Source of the DNA: an uncultured Pseudomonadota bacterium
GTDB lineage: Bacteria; Pseudomonadota; Alphaproteobacteria; RF32; CAG-239
DNA length: 61,960 bases
Direction: 5' to 3'
Assembly (NCBI GenBank): GCA_902495305.1
Contig: CABUWG010000004.1
Coordinates: 1-61,960 of the forward strand
Position 1 is the stretch's first letter. Each line of letters begins with the position of its first letter. The notes below the pieces were generated by a model that did no database searches, was not told the DNA's origin, and saw only the letters and a program-made list of their open reading frames with translations. Made by a program: the position numbers and the translations under genes. Shown piece by piece: positions 26,362-35,911 of this stretch.

Positions 26362-27765
26362 ATGAACAATTCCGAGCTTAGAGATATCTGGGCGGCAAAA
26401 TATGCCAATGTTGACAGGACCTTAGCCCGGATGAAAGAGGTTAAGGCAGCGGCAACGGCCTTTAATACCAATGTTGACGCGGTTCTTAAAATCAGCGGAA
26501 AAAAACTGCAGGAGCTGATTGAAAAGTTTGGCCTGAGCTGGGATGGCCTGAATAATATTGAGGAACTGAAGCTTTTGCATGCTACGGATGTGATTAAGGG
26601 CGTGTTTAAGTGTTTTTCCCGCGGGATTGCCGAAGAATGGCTGACCGAGGACAAGGTGGTTTTTGACTGGATGGTTGAAAACATCGGTTATGACCGGCTG
26701 CAGATGGGCGGTCAGGGCGGTATTGTTGCCAATGCGTTGGCAGCGGCGGGTGTGTCCAAGGTTTATGCGCATACCAATTCTTTGCCCAAACTGCAGGCCG
26801 AGCAATTTCTGAAGCTGGATAATCTGGTTTCTTTTGATGAAAACGGTATGGAAAAACCGGCTTGCCGGATTAACCGCGGGCAGGATATTCCGCTTATTCA
26901 CTGGATTTTGGAATTTGACAAAGGTGATGAGCTGACGGTTGAGGGGCATCGGGTTGTTTGTCCGAAGTCCAATCGTTTTATTGCCACTTATGATCCTTTG
27001 AATCTTAATCTGGTGAAAGATGACGCTTTTGTGCGTTTTTCAGAAACGCATCCGATAGACTTTATTGTTTTGTCGGGTTTTCATGCTCTGACAGCCAATA
27101 AGGGCGGCTGTGCGCTGATTGAGGACGTTTTGCCGCTGATAAAAAGCTGGAAAAAGGTTAATCCGCAGGGAATCGTCCATTTGGAAGTGGCTTCAACGCA
27201 AGATATTGCCGTCAGAAAAGCAATTGTCAGCCAGATTGCGCCGCTGGTTGATTCAATCGGTCTGAACGAGCGTGAAACAATAGATGTGCTTCAAGTTATC
27301 GGCGAAGAAAAATTTGCTGCCGAATGTGAGGAAAATACCGACAGCGCCCATATGCTGGAGGCTGTTTTCCGGATTAAGGAAAAAGTTGGCTGTCCGCGGG
27401 TTCAGCTGCATATGTTCGGGTTGTATCTGACTTTGCAGGACAAGGGTTTTCGGATCAAGCCGCAGGAGAATTTACGCGGAATGTGTCTGGCAGCCGTGGC
27501 GGCGGCCGGAAAAGCCAGTCTGGGCAAAGTTGAAAAACCTGAGGATTTTGTTGTGCGTAAAGATACACCGGTGAATGACGAGGCTTTGAATGTTTTGAAG
27601 AAAGCCGCAGCTTATGCCCAAAATGAAAAGCTGGAAGTAGACGGTATTATTGATTTTCGGGGCTATGACCTGATTGCGATACCGACGATTTTGGTTCCGA
27701 AACCTGTGACATTGGTTGGGATGGGAGATACTATATCTTCAATTTCCCTCGTCTCCTCTCGGTAA
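26362..27765 (+). CDS. ADP-dependent sugar kinase (ADP-dependent glucokinase/phosphofructokinase family)
   Basis: 467 aa with family motifs AFNTNVDAV, QMGGQGGIVAN, VHLEVAST and VGMGDTISS. Confidence 0.8.
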   Translation: MNNSELRDIWAAKYANVDRTLARMKEVKAAATAFNTNVDAVLKISGKKLQELIEKFGLSWDGLNNIEELKLLHATDVIKGVFKCFSRGIAEEWLTEDKVVFDWMVENIGYDRLQMGGQGGIVANALAAAGVSKVYAHTNSLPKLQAEQFLKLDNLVSFDENGMEKPACRINRGQDIPLIHWILEFDKGDELTVEGHRVVCPKSNRFIATYDPLNLNLVKDDAFVRFSETHPIDFIVLSGFHALTANKGGCALIEDVLPLIKSWKKVNPQGIVHLEVASTQDIAVRKAIVSQIAPLVDSIGLNERETIDVLQVIGEEKFAAECEENTDSAHMLEAVFRIKEKVGCPRVQLHMFGLYLTLQDKGFRIKPQENLRGMCLAAVAAAGKASLGKVEKPEDFVVRKDTPVNDEALNVLKKAAAYAQNEKLEVDGIIDFRGYDLIAIPTILVPKPVTLVGMGDTISSISLVSSR

Positions 27766-27767
27766 AA

Positions 27768-27894
27768 GTAAAACCGCGCTCTGTGATCACCTAATACAGA
27801 AAAAAGAATTTTAGCTAAGTCATGTATGTCTTTATACACTCCTGTCGCTAAAATTCTTTTTTCTTATTATCTGACTTACATATCGCGGTTTTAC
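27768..27894. repeat. palindromic element (family A/D), copy D1
   Basis: Terminal inverted repeat gtaaaaccgcg / cgcggttttac. Internal 17-bp inverted repeat gaaaaaagaattttagc / gctaaaattcttttttc. Core catgtat-N6-atacac. Confidence 0.6.
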
Positions 27895-27989
27895 AGCGGC
27901 CTGAGGCGAGTATGCTTGAGTTTTAAACCTTTTTTTGTACACGTCGAATTTTGCTCCACCAATAGCACCGGCCTTTATCAAACTTTTAT

Positions 27990-28235
27990 AAAAAACGCGT
28001 ATAATGGCCGACTAATACAGATTTCGCGGGCTGGAGAAATGCTCATGTACTACTTTGTACCTTAGGCATCTAGGCTCGCTATGGTTGCTCACGCTTCCCT
28101 CGCTTGCCAAGATGTTCCAAAGAGCTTGCAGACAAAAACAACCGAAGTAACGGTTGTTTTTTGCGTAGCGCTTGCTTTTTCCACCCTAAAATCTTATTAT
28201 TCGGCTCATTCTCCGCAGTTCTTACAGCGGCTAGA
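27990..28235. repeat. palindromic element family A (copy A1) interrupted by a nested family-B element (28061..28185)
   Basis: The left arm 27990..28060 and right arm 28186..28235 match the contiguous copies at 34421..34547 and 61452..61580. The insert starts cttaggcatctaggctcgc, as at 34738 and 61939. Confidence 0.55.
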
Positions 28236-28263
28236 GGAGAGTATGTTTGTGTGTTCTGGCCGC

Positions 28264-28809
28264 TCATGCTTGTTTCTTTTCTTCACTCTCCAATGTTATA
28301 TACTCCGGTGGGATGAGGCCGTTTTTCAGGACAAGCAGGTAGTAAGGCACGACAGAAAAGCGCAGGCCGAGTTTTTCATCGCAGGCAGACCAGTCGACGG
28401 GAAAAGTGCCGATATCTTTGATTGAGTTCAGTTTAACCAGACATTCATCAATATCTTGCGGAAGAATTTTATCTAAGTTTGGTTTGATGGCCGGAGAGAC
28501 ATAGACGGCTTCAATAAGTCCGTCAGCTTCTAATTTTGGAACGTCAATAGAGAATAAATCGGCGTTGTCAATAAAAGGTTTGAACATGTTTTTGCTTTTT
28601 TCAGTCCATTGGATTGGTTCGGAAAAAGCTCTGATGGCGCGACTGTGACCGGTAAAACAGCTTTCAAACCAGTTGACAATGCCCTCATGGGTGGTTTGAC
28701 CGCTCCGTTTGTAATAATAACTAAGCTCGGCGCTCGGATTTTTGGCAAAGGACAAGATTCCCTCAGTCAATGCGGAATTTCCTTTGGTGATGTAGTGATA
28801 CAGTTTCAT
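28264..28809 (-). CDS. hypothetical protein (181 aa)
   Basis: Clean ORF with no recognised motif. A repeat mosaic lies immediately downstream of its stop. Confidence 0.6.
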   Translation of the reverse strand: MKLYHYITKGNSALTEGILSFAKNPSAELSYYYKRSGQTTHEGIVNWFESCFTGHSRAIRAFSEPIQWTEKSKNMFKPFIDNADLFSIDVPKLEADGLIEAVYVSPAIKPNLDKILPQDIDECLVKLNSIKDIGTFPVDWSACDEKLGLRFSVVPYYLLVLKNGLIPPEYITLESEEKKQA

Positions 28810-29048
28810 AATTTTGCCTTGATTTGTTATTTATTCAAATTCTATCATTTTTTTGCAATTTGGGCAATGGTTATGTTTTTCAGGTTATGACGGAAGGCGG
28901 CGGGGTGGTGTATGCTTGGTGAAAGCGGGTTATCCGTTTTTTATTAAGACAGGCAAACGGGGTGTAGAAGCGGGGTTTGCGATTTTACTTGCAATTCGGC
29001 AGATTGAATGTATATATAATTCTAATTGATTGAAACAGGAGAAAGAAA

Positions 29049-29429
29049 ATGGCAGAGAAAGAACCCTCGCAACGGCAGCTCAGGGTCGGGCAGGAGATTA
29101 AAAAGATTTTGGCCGGTTTTATTGACCATGGCGAGATTAGAAATCTGGAAGGAATCCACACCATGGTTACAATTACCGAAGTGCGGGTTTCTCCGGACTT
29201 GAAATATGCCTCGGTTTATCTGATGACAACGAACGGCGAATATCTTAAAGAAGTTTTGGACGGTTTGCAGTTGGCGGCCAATTATCTGCGCAAGCAAGTG
29301 GCCGGAAAGCTCCAATTGCGTTATGCGCCGGAGCTGGTTTTTAAGGTTGACGATACGTTTGAGCAGGTTGACAAGATTGAGCGGCTGCTCAGAGATCCAA
29401 AAGTTCAGGAAGACTTGAACAAGGAATAA
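29049..29429 (+). CDS. rbfA: ribosome-binding factor A
   Basis: 126 aa RbfA-like protein (RVGQEIKKILA..., VRVSPDLKYASVY). Confidence 0.9.
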   Translation: MAEKEPSQRQLRVGQEIKKILAGFIDHGEIRNLEGIHTMVTITEVRVSPDLKYASVYLMTTNGEYLKEVLDGLQLAANYLRKQVAGKLQLRYAPELVFKVDDTFEQVDKIERLLRDPKVQEDLNKE

Positions 29430-29436
29430 AAACAAT

Positions 29437-29463
29437 AAAGCACTTTTCGGAGTGCTTTTTTTG
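29437..29463 (+). terminator. intrinsic terminator after rbfA
   Basis: Stem aaagcact/agtgcttt with a 6-nt loop, followed by a T-run. Confidence 0.7.
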
Positions 29464-29527
29464 TTGCCGGAATAAAAATATTGGGTTATGCAGGATATCT
29501 AAAATTAATTATTAAATTTATTATGGG

Positions 29528-30178
29528 GTGAAATATAAATTATTAGAGCGTGTTCCTAAAAAATGTTTTGCGGACAGGTGTGAAATTGTTGAACGGGACG
29601 GCAAAAAATTTCTTGAAATTTCAGTCTTTCAGAGCAGAAAACGGCAAAATGCGGTTTTTGCAGAGGGAAAAGATATTTCATGTAAAGAAAATATTTATTG
29701 CTGTTTTCAAAACAACGGGGATTGTATCCTTTGTTATTTTGATGCCGGAAACAGGCAAATCATGATTGTCTGCAAGCAGTGCCTTGCTTATTTTTTGAAA
29801 GACACATTTCTGTTTTTTAAGAAGAAAAGCATTTGGTACCGTTTTGATTTGCAACGGCGGAAATATCTGCGGCTTGGCGTTTTGCGGGAAGAGGGTTTCT
29901 GGATGCCGCCGCGCGACAGGCTGAGAGGGTGCAGCAACTCCGTTGACGTTTATTTCTTTTATGACGGCATGTTTGTTAAGAAACATTGTGAACGGGTTGT
30001 AAAAGTCATTGGCAAGAATCTGTATTTTCTGAAAACCGGAAAAAAGGTTTCCGTATTGACGGATTTTTGTATGAACGGACAAGTTCCTACGGTCAGGCAG
30101 TTTGTTTCTGATCTTTCTGTTGAAGAAGTCGGTTTGTTTTTTTCGACCAAAGGAATTTATAAAAAACTGTTTTGTTAG
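29528..30178 (+). CDS. hypothetical Cys/Phe/Lys-rich protein (216 aa, GTG start)
   Basis: ORF in an AT-richer insert between rbfA and truB. No recognised family. Confidence 0.5.
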   Translation: MKYKLLERVPKKCFADRCEIVERDGKKFLEISVFQSRKRQNAVFAEGKDISCKENIYCCFQNNGDCILCYFDAGNRQIMIVCKQCLAYFLKDTFLFFKKKSIWYRFDLQRRKYLRLGVLREEGFWMPPRDRLRGCSNSVDVYFFYDGMFVKKHCERVVKVIGKNLYFLKTGKKVSVLTDFCMNGQVPTVRQFVSDLSVEEVGLFFSTKGIYKKLFC

Positions 30179-30182
30179 AAAA

Positions 30183-30213
30183 AGAGGCGTATTCTGCGGG
30201 ATACGTCTTTTTT
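30183..30213 (+). terminator. intrinsic terminator
   Basis: Stem agaggcgtat/atacgtcttt (two G-U pairs) with an 8-nt loop and a T-run. Confidence 0.6.
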
Positions 30214-30291
30214 GTTGCCTTTCGGCTTTTTGTGTGGTAGCTCTGACTCTTAATATAAGATTATTTTGAATAATTATTAAAAGCATAATGT

Positions 30292-30798
30292 ATGGATTTG
30301 ACTAAATTCGGCGTAAAAATTATTCCCAAGGACGGTAAATTCTTTTTGGCTTTTTACAAGCGCGGAAGAGAAACCAGTCTGCTTTTGGGAGAACGTTATT
30401 GGTTTGACAAGAACAAATGTCTCTGGTCGCAAAAAGGGCGGGAAACCCATGTTTTTTCGTTAAGGCAGGGAAGTGTGCCGCTTAAGCGTTTGGCTAAAAT
30501 GTCTTATTATCATTTTCTTGATGACGGGGATTTTATTTTCAGAATGGTTCATGAAGATGTCTGGATGAAATTTTCATATTCTGAAAAGAAAAATCTGTTA
30601 TTGGGAAATTTGTTTTGCCATATTGCCGAACGCAACTTTTGGCTTTTTCTGAAGAAGGAGGGCGGAAAAAAGGTCAGATTTTTTTCCATTCACGGAAATA
30701 ATCTTTCCAGTCTGGAAGCTTATGATTGGTTTTGGATTGACCGTCATACGCTTAATTTGGCGACCAAAAGCGGTAACGTCAGGCTGCGAATCCGATGA
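30292..30798 (+). CDS. hypothetical basic Trp/Phe-rich protein (168 aa)
   Basis: ORF. Its N-terminal KDGKFFLAFY resembles RDGKKFLEISVF of the preceding ORF, so it may be a paralog. Confidence 0.5.
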   Translation: MDLTKFGVKIIPKDGKFFLAFYKRGRETSLLLGERYWFDKNKCLWSQKGRETHVFSLRQGSVPLKRLAKMSYYHFLDDGDFIFRMVHEDVWMKFSYSEKKNLLLGNLFCHIAERNFWLFLKKEGGKKVRFFSIHGNNLSSLEAYDWFWIDRHTLNLATKSGNVRLRIR

Positions 30799-30877
30799 TT
30801 TTATTAAAAAACCGTAATGTCAGACTTGGCAATACGGTTTTTTTATGAAATGATGGCCTTAAAGGAGAGTTTTTATA

Positions 30878-31789
30878 ATGGCAAGGCATAAAAAAGGCGA
30901 AGATATAAACGGCTGGCTGATTGTGGACAAGCCCCGCGACATGGGATCTACCGATGTGGTCAATATGACCCGCCGGATGTTTAATGCCAAAAAAAACGGC
31001 CATGCAGGGACGCTCGACCCTTTTGCAACCGGTGTGCTGCCGGTGGCATTCGGTGAGGCGACAAAGCTTTTGCCTATGGTGACGGACGGGCAGAAAGAAT
31101 ATGAGTTTGTGCTGCAATGGGGAGCTGAAACAAATACCGGTGACAGTGAAGGAGAAATTGTTTCCCGTTGTGAAAAAGTTCCCTGCCGGAAAGATATTCT
31201 GGCCGTTTTGCCGCAGTTTATCGGTGAGATTACGCAGGTTCCGCCGGCTTTTTCGGCCATAAAAATCAACGGGCAGCGTGCGTATGATCTGGCACGAAAG
31301 GGCGAAGACGTGGCCATTCCCGAAAGAAAGGTCGAAATTTATGCTTTGGAACTTTTGGAAGAATTGCCCGATTGTCGGGCAAGGTTTCGGGTGGCGTGCT
31401 CAAAAGGGACTTATGTGCGGACGCTGGGACGTGATTTGGCCCGAAAACTCGGAACTTTGGGCTATTTACAAGAGCTGAGAAGGACAAAATGCGGAAAATT
31501 TTCGCTCGAAGATACGATTTTACTGGAAAATTTAAAAAAAGTAGTGCATACTGACGCTCTGAAAGAATTTCTGCTTCCGTTAATAACATCACTGCGCGAC
31601 ATCGCGGTTTTAGCTGTATCGGAAGCTGATGCCGCCAAGCTCCGGCTTGGACAAGGGTTGTCTCCTAAAAATTATGATATTGATAATTTGACAGGCAAAC
31701 AGGCTGTGGCCGTGTTTGAGGGCAGTCCGGCGGCAATTGTCCGAATCGATGAGAGAAAAATTTCACCGGTTCGTGTGTTTAACTGTTAA
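30878..31789 (+). CDS. truB: tRNA pseudouridine55 synthase TruB
   Basis: Catalytic motif [14 protein letters not shown], 303 aa. Confidence 0.95.
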   Translation: MARHKKGEDINGWLIVDKPRDMGSTDVVNMTRRMFNAKKNGHAGTLDPFATGVLPVAFGEATKLLPMVTDGQKEYEFVLQWGAETNTGDSEGEIVSRCEKVPCRKDILAVLPQFIGEITQVPPAFSAIKINGQRAYDLARKGEDVAIPERKVEIYALELLEELPDCRARFRVACSKGTYVRTLGRDLARKLGTLGYLQELRRTKCGKFSLEDTILLENLKKVVHTDALKEFLLPLITSLRDIAVLAVSEADAAKLRLGQGLSPKNYDIDNLTGKQAVAVFEGSPAAIVRIDERKISPVRVFNC

Positions 31790-31805
31790 CATAAAGGAAA
31801 AATTG

Positions 31806-32075
31806 ATGTCGATTACGAATGAAAAGAAACAAGAAATTATCAAATCTTTTGGCTTGAAACAAGATGATACGGGTTCTCCCGAAGTTCAGATTGCTATCTG
31901 GACTGCCAGAATCAACAGCCTGATTGAACACTTTAACGTTCATAAAAAAGATTTGCATTCCCGTCTGGGTTTGATGAAGATGGTCAGCCGTCGTCGTCAC
32001 CTGCTTGACCACTTGAAAGCAACCAGCGAAAGCAGATATCAGGATTTGATTAAGAAATTGGATTTGCGTAAGTAA
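31806..32075 (+). CDS. rpsO: 30S ribosomal protein S15
   Basis: [15 protein letters not shown]...GSPEVQIA...[11 protein letters not shown], 89 aa. I used the ATG at 31806 rather than the track start at 31716. Confidence 0.95.
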   Translation: MSITNEKKQEIIKSFGLKQDDTGSPEVQIAIWTARINSLIEHFNVHKKDLHSRLGLMKMVSRRRHLLDHLKATSESRYQDLIKKLDLRK

Positions 32076-32303
32076 TTTAAGAGTTAAGATTTTATGCTGT
32101 TCGGAAGTGCTTTGGTTTGTTCATTTTTGATGTTTGGTTCTTTTGGGGACCAAGCCGGTATGAGCGGCGGAAGCAGTTTTTCCAATCAGCGGAAATTTTG
32201 ATTTTCGGGGTGCGGGGCAATCGGGCTCCGCATTCCTTTTAAATCCTGCCCGCGGGCAGGTGAGGTTTGTTAGATAGATTATAGATAGAAAGGTAAAAGG
32301 AAT
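32076..32303 (+). promoter_or_regulatory. rpsO-pnp intergenic leader with GC-rich hairpins
   Basis: One hairpin is cctgcc-cgcg-ggcagg at 32245..32260. The position is analogous to the structured pnp leader of other proteobacteria. Confidence 0.4.
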
Positions 32304-34424
32304 ATGATCGATTTTAAAGTCGTCCGAAAAGAGATGGAATGGGGCGGACGAAAGTTAGTTTTAGAAACGGGTAAAATAGCAAGACAGGCAACAGGCGCGG
32401 TGATTGCTACCTATGGGGAAACAGTTGTACAGGCAACCGTTGTTGCGGCAAAAGAGGCAAAGGCAGATCAGGATTTCTTTCCTTTAACTGTTAACTATCA
32501 GGAAAAATATTATGCAACCGGTAAAGTGCCGGGCGGCTTTATGAAGCGTGAAGGAAAGCCGAGCGAACGCGAAGTTTTGATTTCCCGCCTGATTGACCGT
32601 CCGATCCGTCCGTTGTTTCCGGATGCTTTCAAAAATGAAGTTCAGATTATTTGTACGGTTTTGAGCCATGACCAGCAGACGGATTCCGATATTGTGGCTA
32701 TGGTTGCCGCTTCGGCTGCGCTGGCTGTTTCGGGCATTCCGTTTTTGGGGCCGATCGGTGCTGCCAAAGTCGGGTATAAAGACGGACAGTATATTTTGAA
32801 CCCGACAATCGAGCAAATGAAGGATACTGAGCTGGAATTGTCTGTGGCCGGTACTTCCGAAGGTGTACTGATGGTTGAATCCGAAGCACAGGAACTTTCC
32901 GAAGAAACGATGTTGAATGCCGTTATGTTTGGTTTTGAAAGCTTCCAGCCGGTTATTAAAATGATTAACGAGCTGAAGGCCGAAGCCGGCAAAGAAGCTT
33001 GGGAAGCTCCCGTATTTCCGGCTGAATTTGACGCTTTGTATGAAAGAATCGAAAAAGAATTCCGCGGCAAGTTTGAAGAAGCTTTCAAAGAAACCGACAA
33101 GCTGAAACGCGGTACTTTGGTTGGTCAGGCCTCTGAAGAAGTCAAGGCAACGATTGATCCGGAAAATGAGCTGGAAATGCGTTATGTCGGCGATGCCATT
33201 GAAAAACTGATGCACAAAGTTGTGCGTGAAAAAGTTTTGACGACCGGCCGCCGGATTGACGGACGTGATACCAAGACTGTTCGTCCGATTCAATGCGAAA
33301 TTGATGTTTTGCCGAAGACGCACGGTTCCGCATTGTTTACACGCGGCGAAACTCAGGCCATGGTTGTAACAACTCTGGGAACAGGCGAAGATGCCCAGAT
33401 TGTGGATGGTTTGATGAACGAGTATAAAGAAGACTTTATGCTGAACTATAACTTCCCGCCGTTTTCTGTTGGCGAATGCGGTCGTCTGGGCAGTCCGGGG
33501 CGTCGTGAAATCGGTCACGGCAAGCTGGCTTGGAGAGCCATTCATCCGATGATGCCGAAAAACAAAGATACTTTTCCTTATACCATTCGCGTGGTTTCCG
33601 AGATTATGGAATCGAACGGTTCTTCTTCTATGGCTACGGTTTGCGGTACGACTTTGTCTTTGATGGCGGCAGGTGTGCCGATGGCTAAGCCGGTTGCCGG
33701 TATTGCCATGGGGTTGATTAAAGAAGATGACGGCCGTTTCAGCGTTTTAACCGATATTCTCGGTGATGAAGACCATCTTGGCGACATGGACTTTAAGGTT
33801 GCCGGTACCAAAGACGGTGTGACCGCTTTGCAGATGGATATTAAAATCACGTCCATTACCAAAGAGATTATGCAGACGGCGCTGGCTCAGGCACATGAGG
33901 GCCGGATTCACATTTTGGGTGAAATGGCCAAAGCAATTGCCGAACCGCGTCCGAACGTTTCTCCGCTGGCTCCGGGGATTGTTGCCATTAAGATTCCGGT
34001 TGACAAAATTCGTGAAGTTATCGGTTCCGGCGGCAAGGTTATTCGTGAAATTGTCGAGAAAACCAATACTAAAATTGACATCAGTGATGACGGTGTTGTT
34101 AAAATTGCTTCAATGAAAAAAGAAGAAGGCGATGCCGCTCTGGAGTGGATTATGAGTATTGTGGCCGAGCCGGAAGAGGGAATGATTTACAAAGGCGTTG
34201 TGACCAAGATTATGGATTTTGGCGCATTTGTACGCTTCCTTGGCACAACCGAAGGTCTGGTTCACATTTCCGAAGTCAAGAATGAGCGTATTGCGTCTGT
34301 TTCTGATTTCTATAAAGAAGGTGACACCATGTGGGTTAAATGTCTGGGCACCGATAATCGCGGCAAGATTAAATTGTCGGCGAAGAGGGTTGATCAAGAA
34401 ACCGGCGCCGACCTCGAGGGGTAA
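32304..34424 (+). CDS. pnp: polyribonucleotide nucleotidyltransferase (PNPase)
   Basis: 706 aa with two RNase PH domains plus KH and S1 domains. Confidence 0.97.
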   Translation: MIDFKVVRKEMEWGGRKLVLETGKIARQATGAVIATYGETVVQATVVAAKEAKADQDFFPLTVNYQEKYYATGKVPGGFMKREGKPSEREVLISRLIDRPIRPLFPDAFKNEVQIICTVLSHDQQTDSDIVAMVAASAALAVSGIPFLGPIGAAKVGYKDGQYILNPTIEQMKDTELELSVAGTSEGVLMVESEAQELSEETMLNAVMFGFESFQPVIKMINELKAEAGKEAWEAPVFPAEFDALYERIEKEFRGKFEEAFKETDKLKRGTLVGQASEEVKATIDPENELEMRYVGDAIEKLMHKVVREKVLTTGRRIDGRDTKTVRPIQCEIDVLPKTHGSALFTRGETQAMVVTTLGTGEDAQIVDGLMNEYKEDFMLNYNFPPFSVGECGRLGSPGRREIGHGKLAWRAIHPMMPKNKDTFPYTIRVVSEIMESNGSSSMATVCGTTLSLMAAGVPMAKPVAGIAMGLIKEDDGRFSVLTDILGDEDHLGDMDFKVAGTKDGVTALQMDIKITSITKEIMQTALAQAHEGRIHILGEMAKAIAEPRPNVSPLAPGIVAIKIPVDKIREVIGSGGKVIREIVEKTNTKIDISDDGVVKIASMKKEEGDAALEWIMSIVAEPEEGMIYKGVVTKIMDFGAFVRFLGTTEGLVHISEVKNERIASVSDFYKEGDTMWVKCLGTDNRGKIKLSAKRVDQETGADLEG

Positions 34425-34547
34425 AAACGTGTATAACGGAGAACTAATACAGATTTAGCGGGTTGGAGAAATGCTCATGTACTTCTTTGTACACTCCGCT
34501 TTCTCCACCCTAAAATCTTATTATTTCTCTCGTTCTCCACGTTTTTA
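34421..34547. repeat. palindromic element family A, copy A2 (contains the pnp stop codon)
   Basis: Terminal inverted repeat gtaaaaacgtg / cacgtttttac and core catgtac-N6-gtacac. The TAA of pnp (34422..34424) lies in the first arm. Confidence 0.65.
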
Positions 34548-34830
34548 CTGTGGCCTGAAGGAGGGGCGTTTCAAAATTCTCGTGTACCTTTTTTGTACAC
34601 GTCGAATTTTGCTCCACAAGTAGCACCGGCTCTTATCAAACTTTTTGAAAAATGTGTATAATGTCTATTAATAGGAAGTTTCCCCACGTACTATCATGTA
34701 CGCTGCGGGACTTCCTTTTTTATTTCTTATTATCTGATCTTAGGCATCTAGGTTCGCAGTGGTTGCTCACGCTTCCCTTGCTTGTCAAGGTGTTCCAAAG
34801 AGTTTTAAGACAAAATGATGAGGCGTCTGT
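34548..34830. repeat. mosaic of repeat modules (family C, a further A-like palindrome, family B)
   Basis: gtacacgtcgaattttgctccac..agcaccgg..cttatcaaac at about 34596..34645 equals about 27939..27985. cacgtac-N6-gtacgctg lies at about 34685..34705. cttaggcatctaggttcgcagtggttgctcacgcttccc starts at 34738. Confidence 0.5.
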
Positions 34831-34945
34831 CTTTTTGTCAAAAATTTGTCTTGACTTGTCGTTGTGTTTATGGTATTTTTACTTTATCAAAAGTATTATT
34901 ATGGGGGATTATTAAATAGTTTCATAATGTGCTTTTTCTTTGAAA

Positions 34946-35785
34946 ATGTTTAACAAAAAAATAATAATTATGAAAGCAAAATTTTATGAAGCAGCGAATT
35001 TAGTACACGCAACGTTACGTTTTTATAGCAATTGTTATATAGACGGAAAAATTGTACCGGCAACGCAGATTGTTGCTATTGATGATGATATTACCTCGGC
35101 AATGTGGGCTGCAAAACTCTTTTATGAAATTCGTCAGGTGCACGGTTTTAGTCCAATGGTTCTTTGTGTCGGCGGGAAAGGCCTGATGAGCAAACATACT
35201 CACAAAAAAAGTGAGGCTGATTTGTTGTCTTTTGTTTTACAGCAATTAGGGGTAGATAAATCGCACATTGTTTGTTTGGGTGAAGGTCGGAATAGCGGAG
35301 ATAATGTTTTAGCCGTTGCAAAATACTCAAGTGCAACAGCCATAACACTTTGGTGTGCGACTCAACGTTTGAGCTTGCGTTTGGAAAGAACTCAGGTGCA
35401 ACAAGCCCCTCAGTTGAAGTCTTTTTACTATGTTATTGAACAAAATCTTAATGAGGTTATGCGATATTATAACGGAAAAGGACTTTGTGGCGGACAGATG
35501 TTGTTGCATGAACTTGCCAGCATTCTTAATCGTTGTGATGCTTATGCCGGAACTTTTCAAAAGCCTTTGACTTTTGAGGTAGTGCCACGCGTGCGGGAGG
35601 CTGCGAAGCTATTGGAAAGTAATTTCCGCTTGAAGTTGCCGAATAAAAATTTCAAGTCATTTCTGCAATTTTTGCAACTGTTCTTCTCTATTTTGAAAAA
35701 TAAAAAGAAAATGAAGGAAGATTTGGAGCAAGCCGTTCAGGTTTTTAGGCAGCAACTTATTGCAGACAAACTCATTAACGGATAG
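34946..35785 (+). CDS. YdcF/DUF218-like protein
   Basis: The pattern VLCVGGKG...SEADLL...LGVDKSHIVCLGEGRNSGDN...WCATQRLSLRLERT parallels E. coli YdcF (SGGIG...AEA...EDQSTNCGEN...DPTMQRR). The start is uncertain (34940 TTG, 34946 ATG or 34970 ATG). Confidence 0.6.
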   Translation: MFNKKIIIMKAKFYEAANLVHATLRFYSNCYIDGKIVPATQIVAIDDDITSAMWAAKLFYEIRQVHGFSPMVLCVGGKGLMSKHTHKKSEADLLSFVLQQLGVDKSHIVCLGEGRNSGDNVLAVAKYSSATAITLWCATQRLSLRLERTQVQQAPQLKSFYYVIEQNLNEVMRYYNGKGLCGGQMLLHELASILNRCDAYAGTFQKPLTFEVVPRVREAAKLLESNFRLKLPNKNFKSFLQFLQLFFSILKNKKKMKEDLEQAVQVFRQQLIADKLING

Positions 35786-35805
35786 TTTTAATCCGAATTG
35801 AAGTA

Positions 35806-35844
35806 AAAAAGCGTTTTCTGGATGACAGAAGGCGCTTTTTGTTT
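35806..35844 (+). terminator. intrinsic terminator after the YdcF-like gene
   Basis: 11-bp stem (35810..35820 with 35826..35836, two G-U pairs) followed by tttttgttt. Confidence 0.6.
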
Positions 35845-35911
35845 GACTTTTTCTTTCTTTTGTCTAAAATCTGATTTAGAAAATTTATTATTAACTTTAA
35901 AACAAATACTT

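Noticed and set aside
27766-28263. Possible CRISPR array, because the same sequences recur at three loci.
   Set aside because: There are no regularly spaced short direct repeats with unique spacers. The repeats are long imperfect palindromes in variable order, and no cas genes are present.
27826-28425. Short ORFs inside the repeat mosaics (27826..28065, 28081..28425, 34652..34915, 61503..61727).
   Set aside because: The same repeat modules are read in different frames at different loci, so there is no coding conservation.
35822-35911. Upstream alternative starts given by the ORF track (35822, 40347, 16728, 31716, 38461, 39142, 47865, 23789, 53965, 56986, 41257).
   Set aside because: In each case the extension overlaps a terminator, a promoter element, a DnaA box or the upstream gene. 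Family homology begins at an internal ATG with a better RBS, so I trimmed the starts accordingly.
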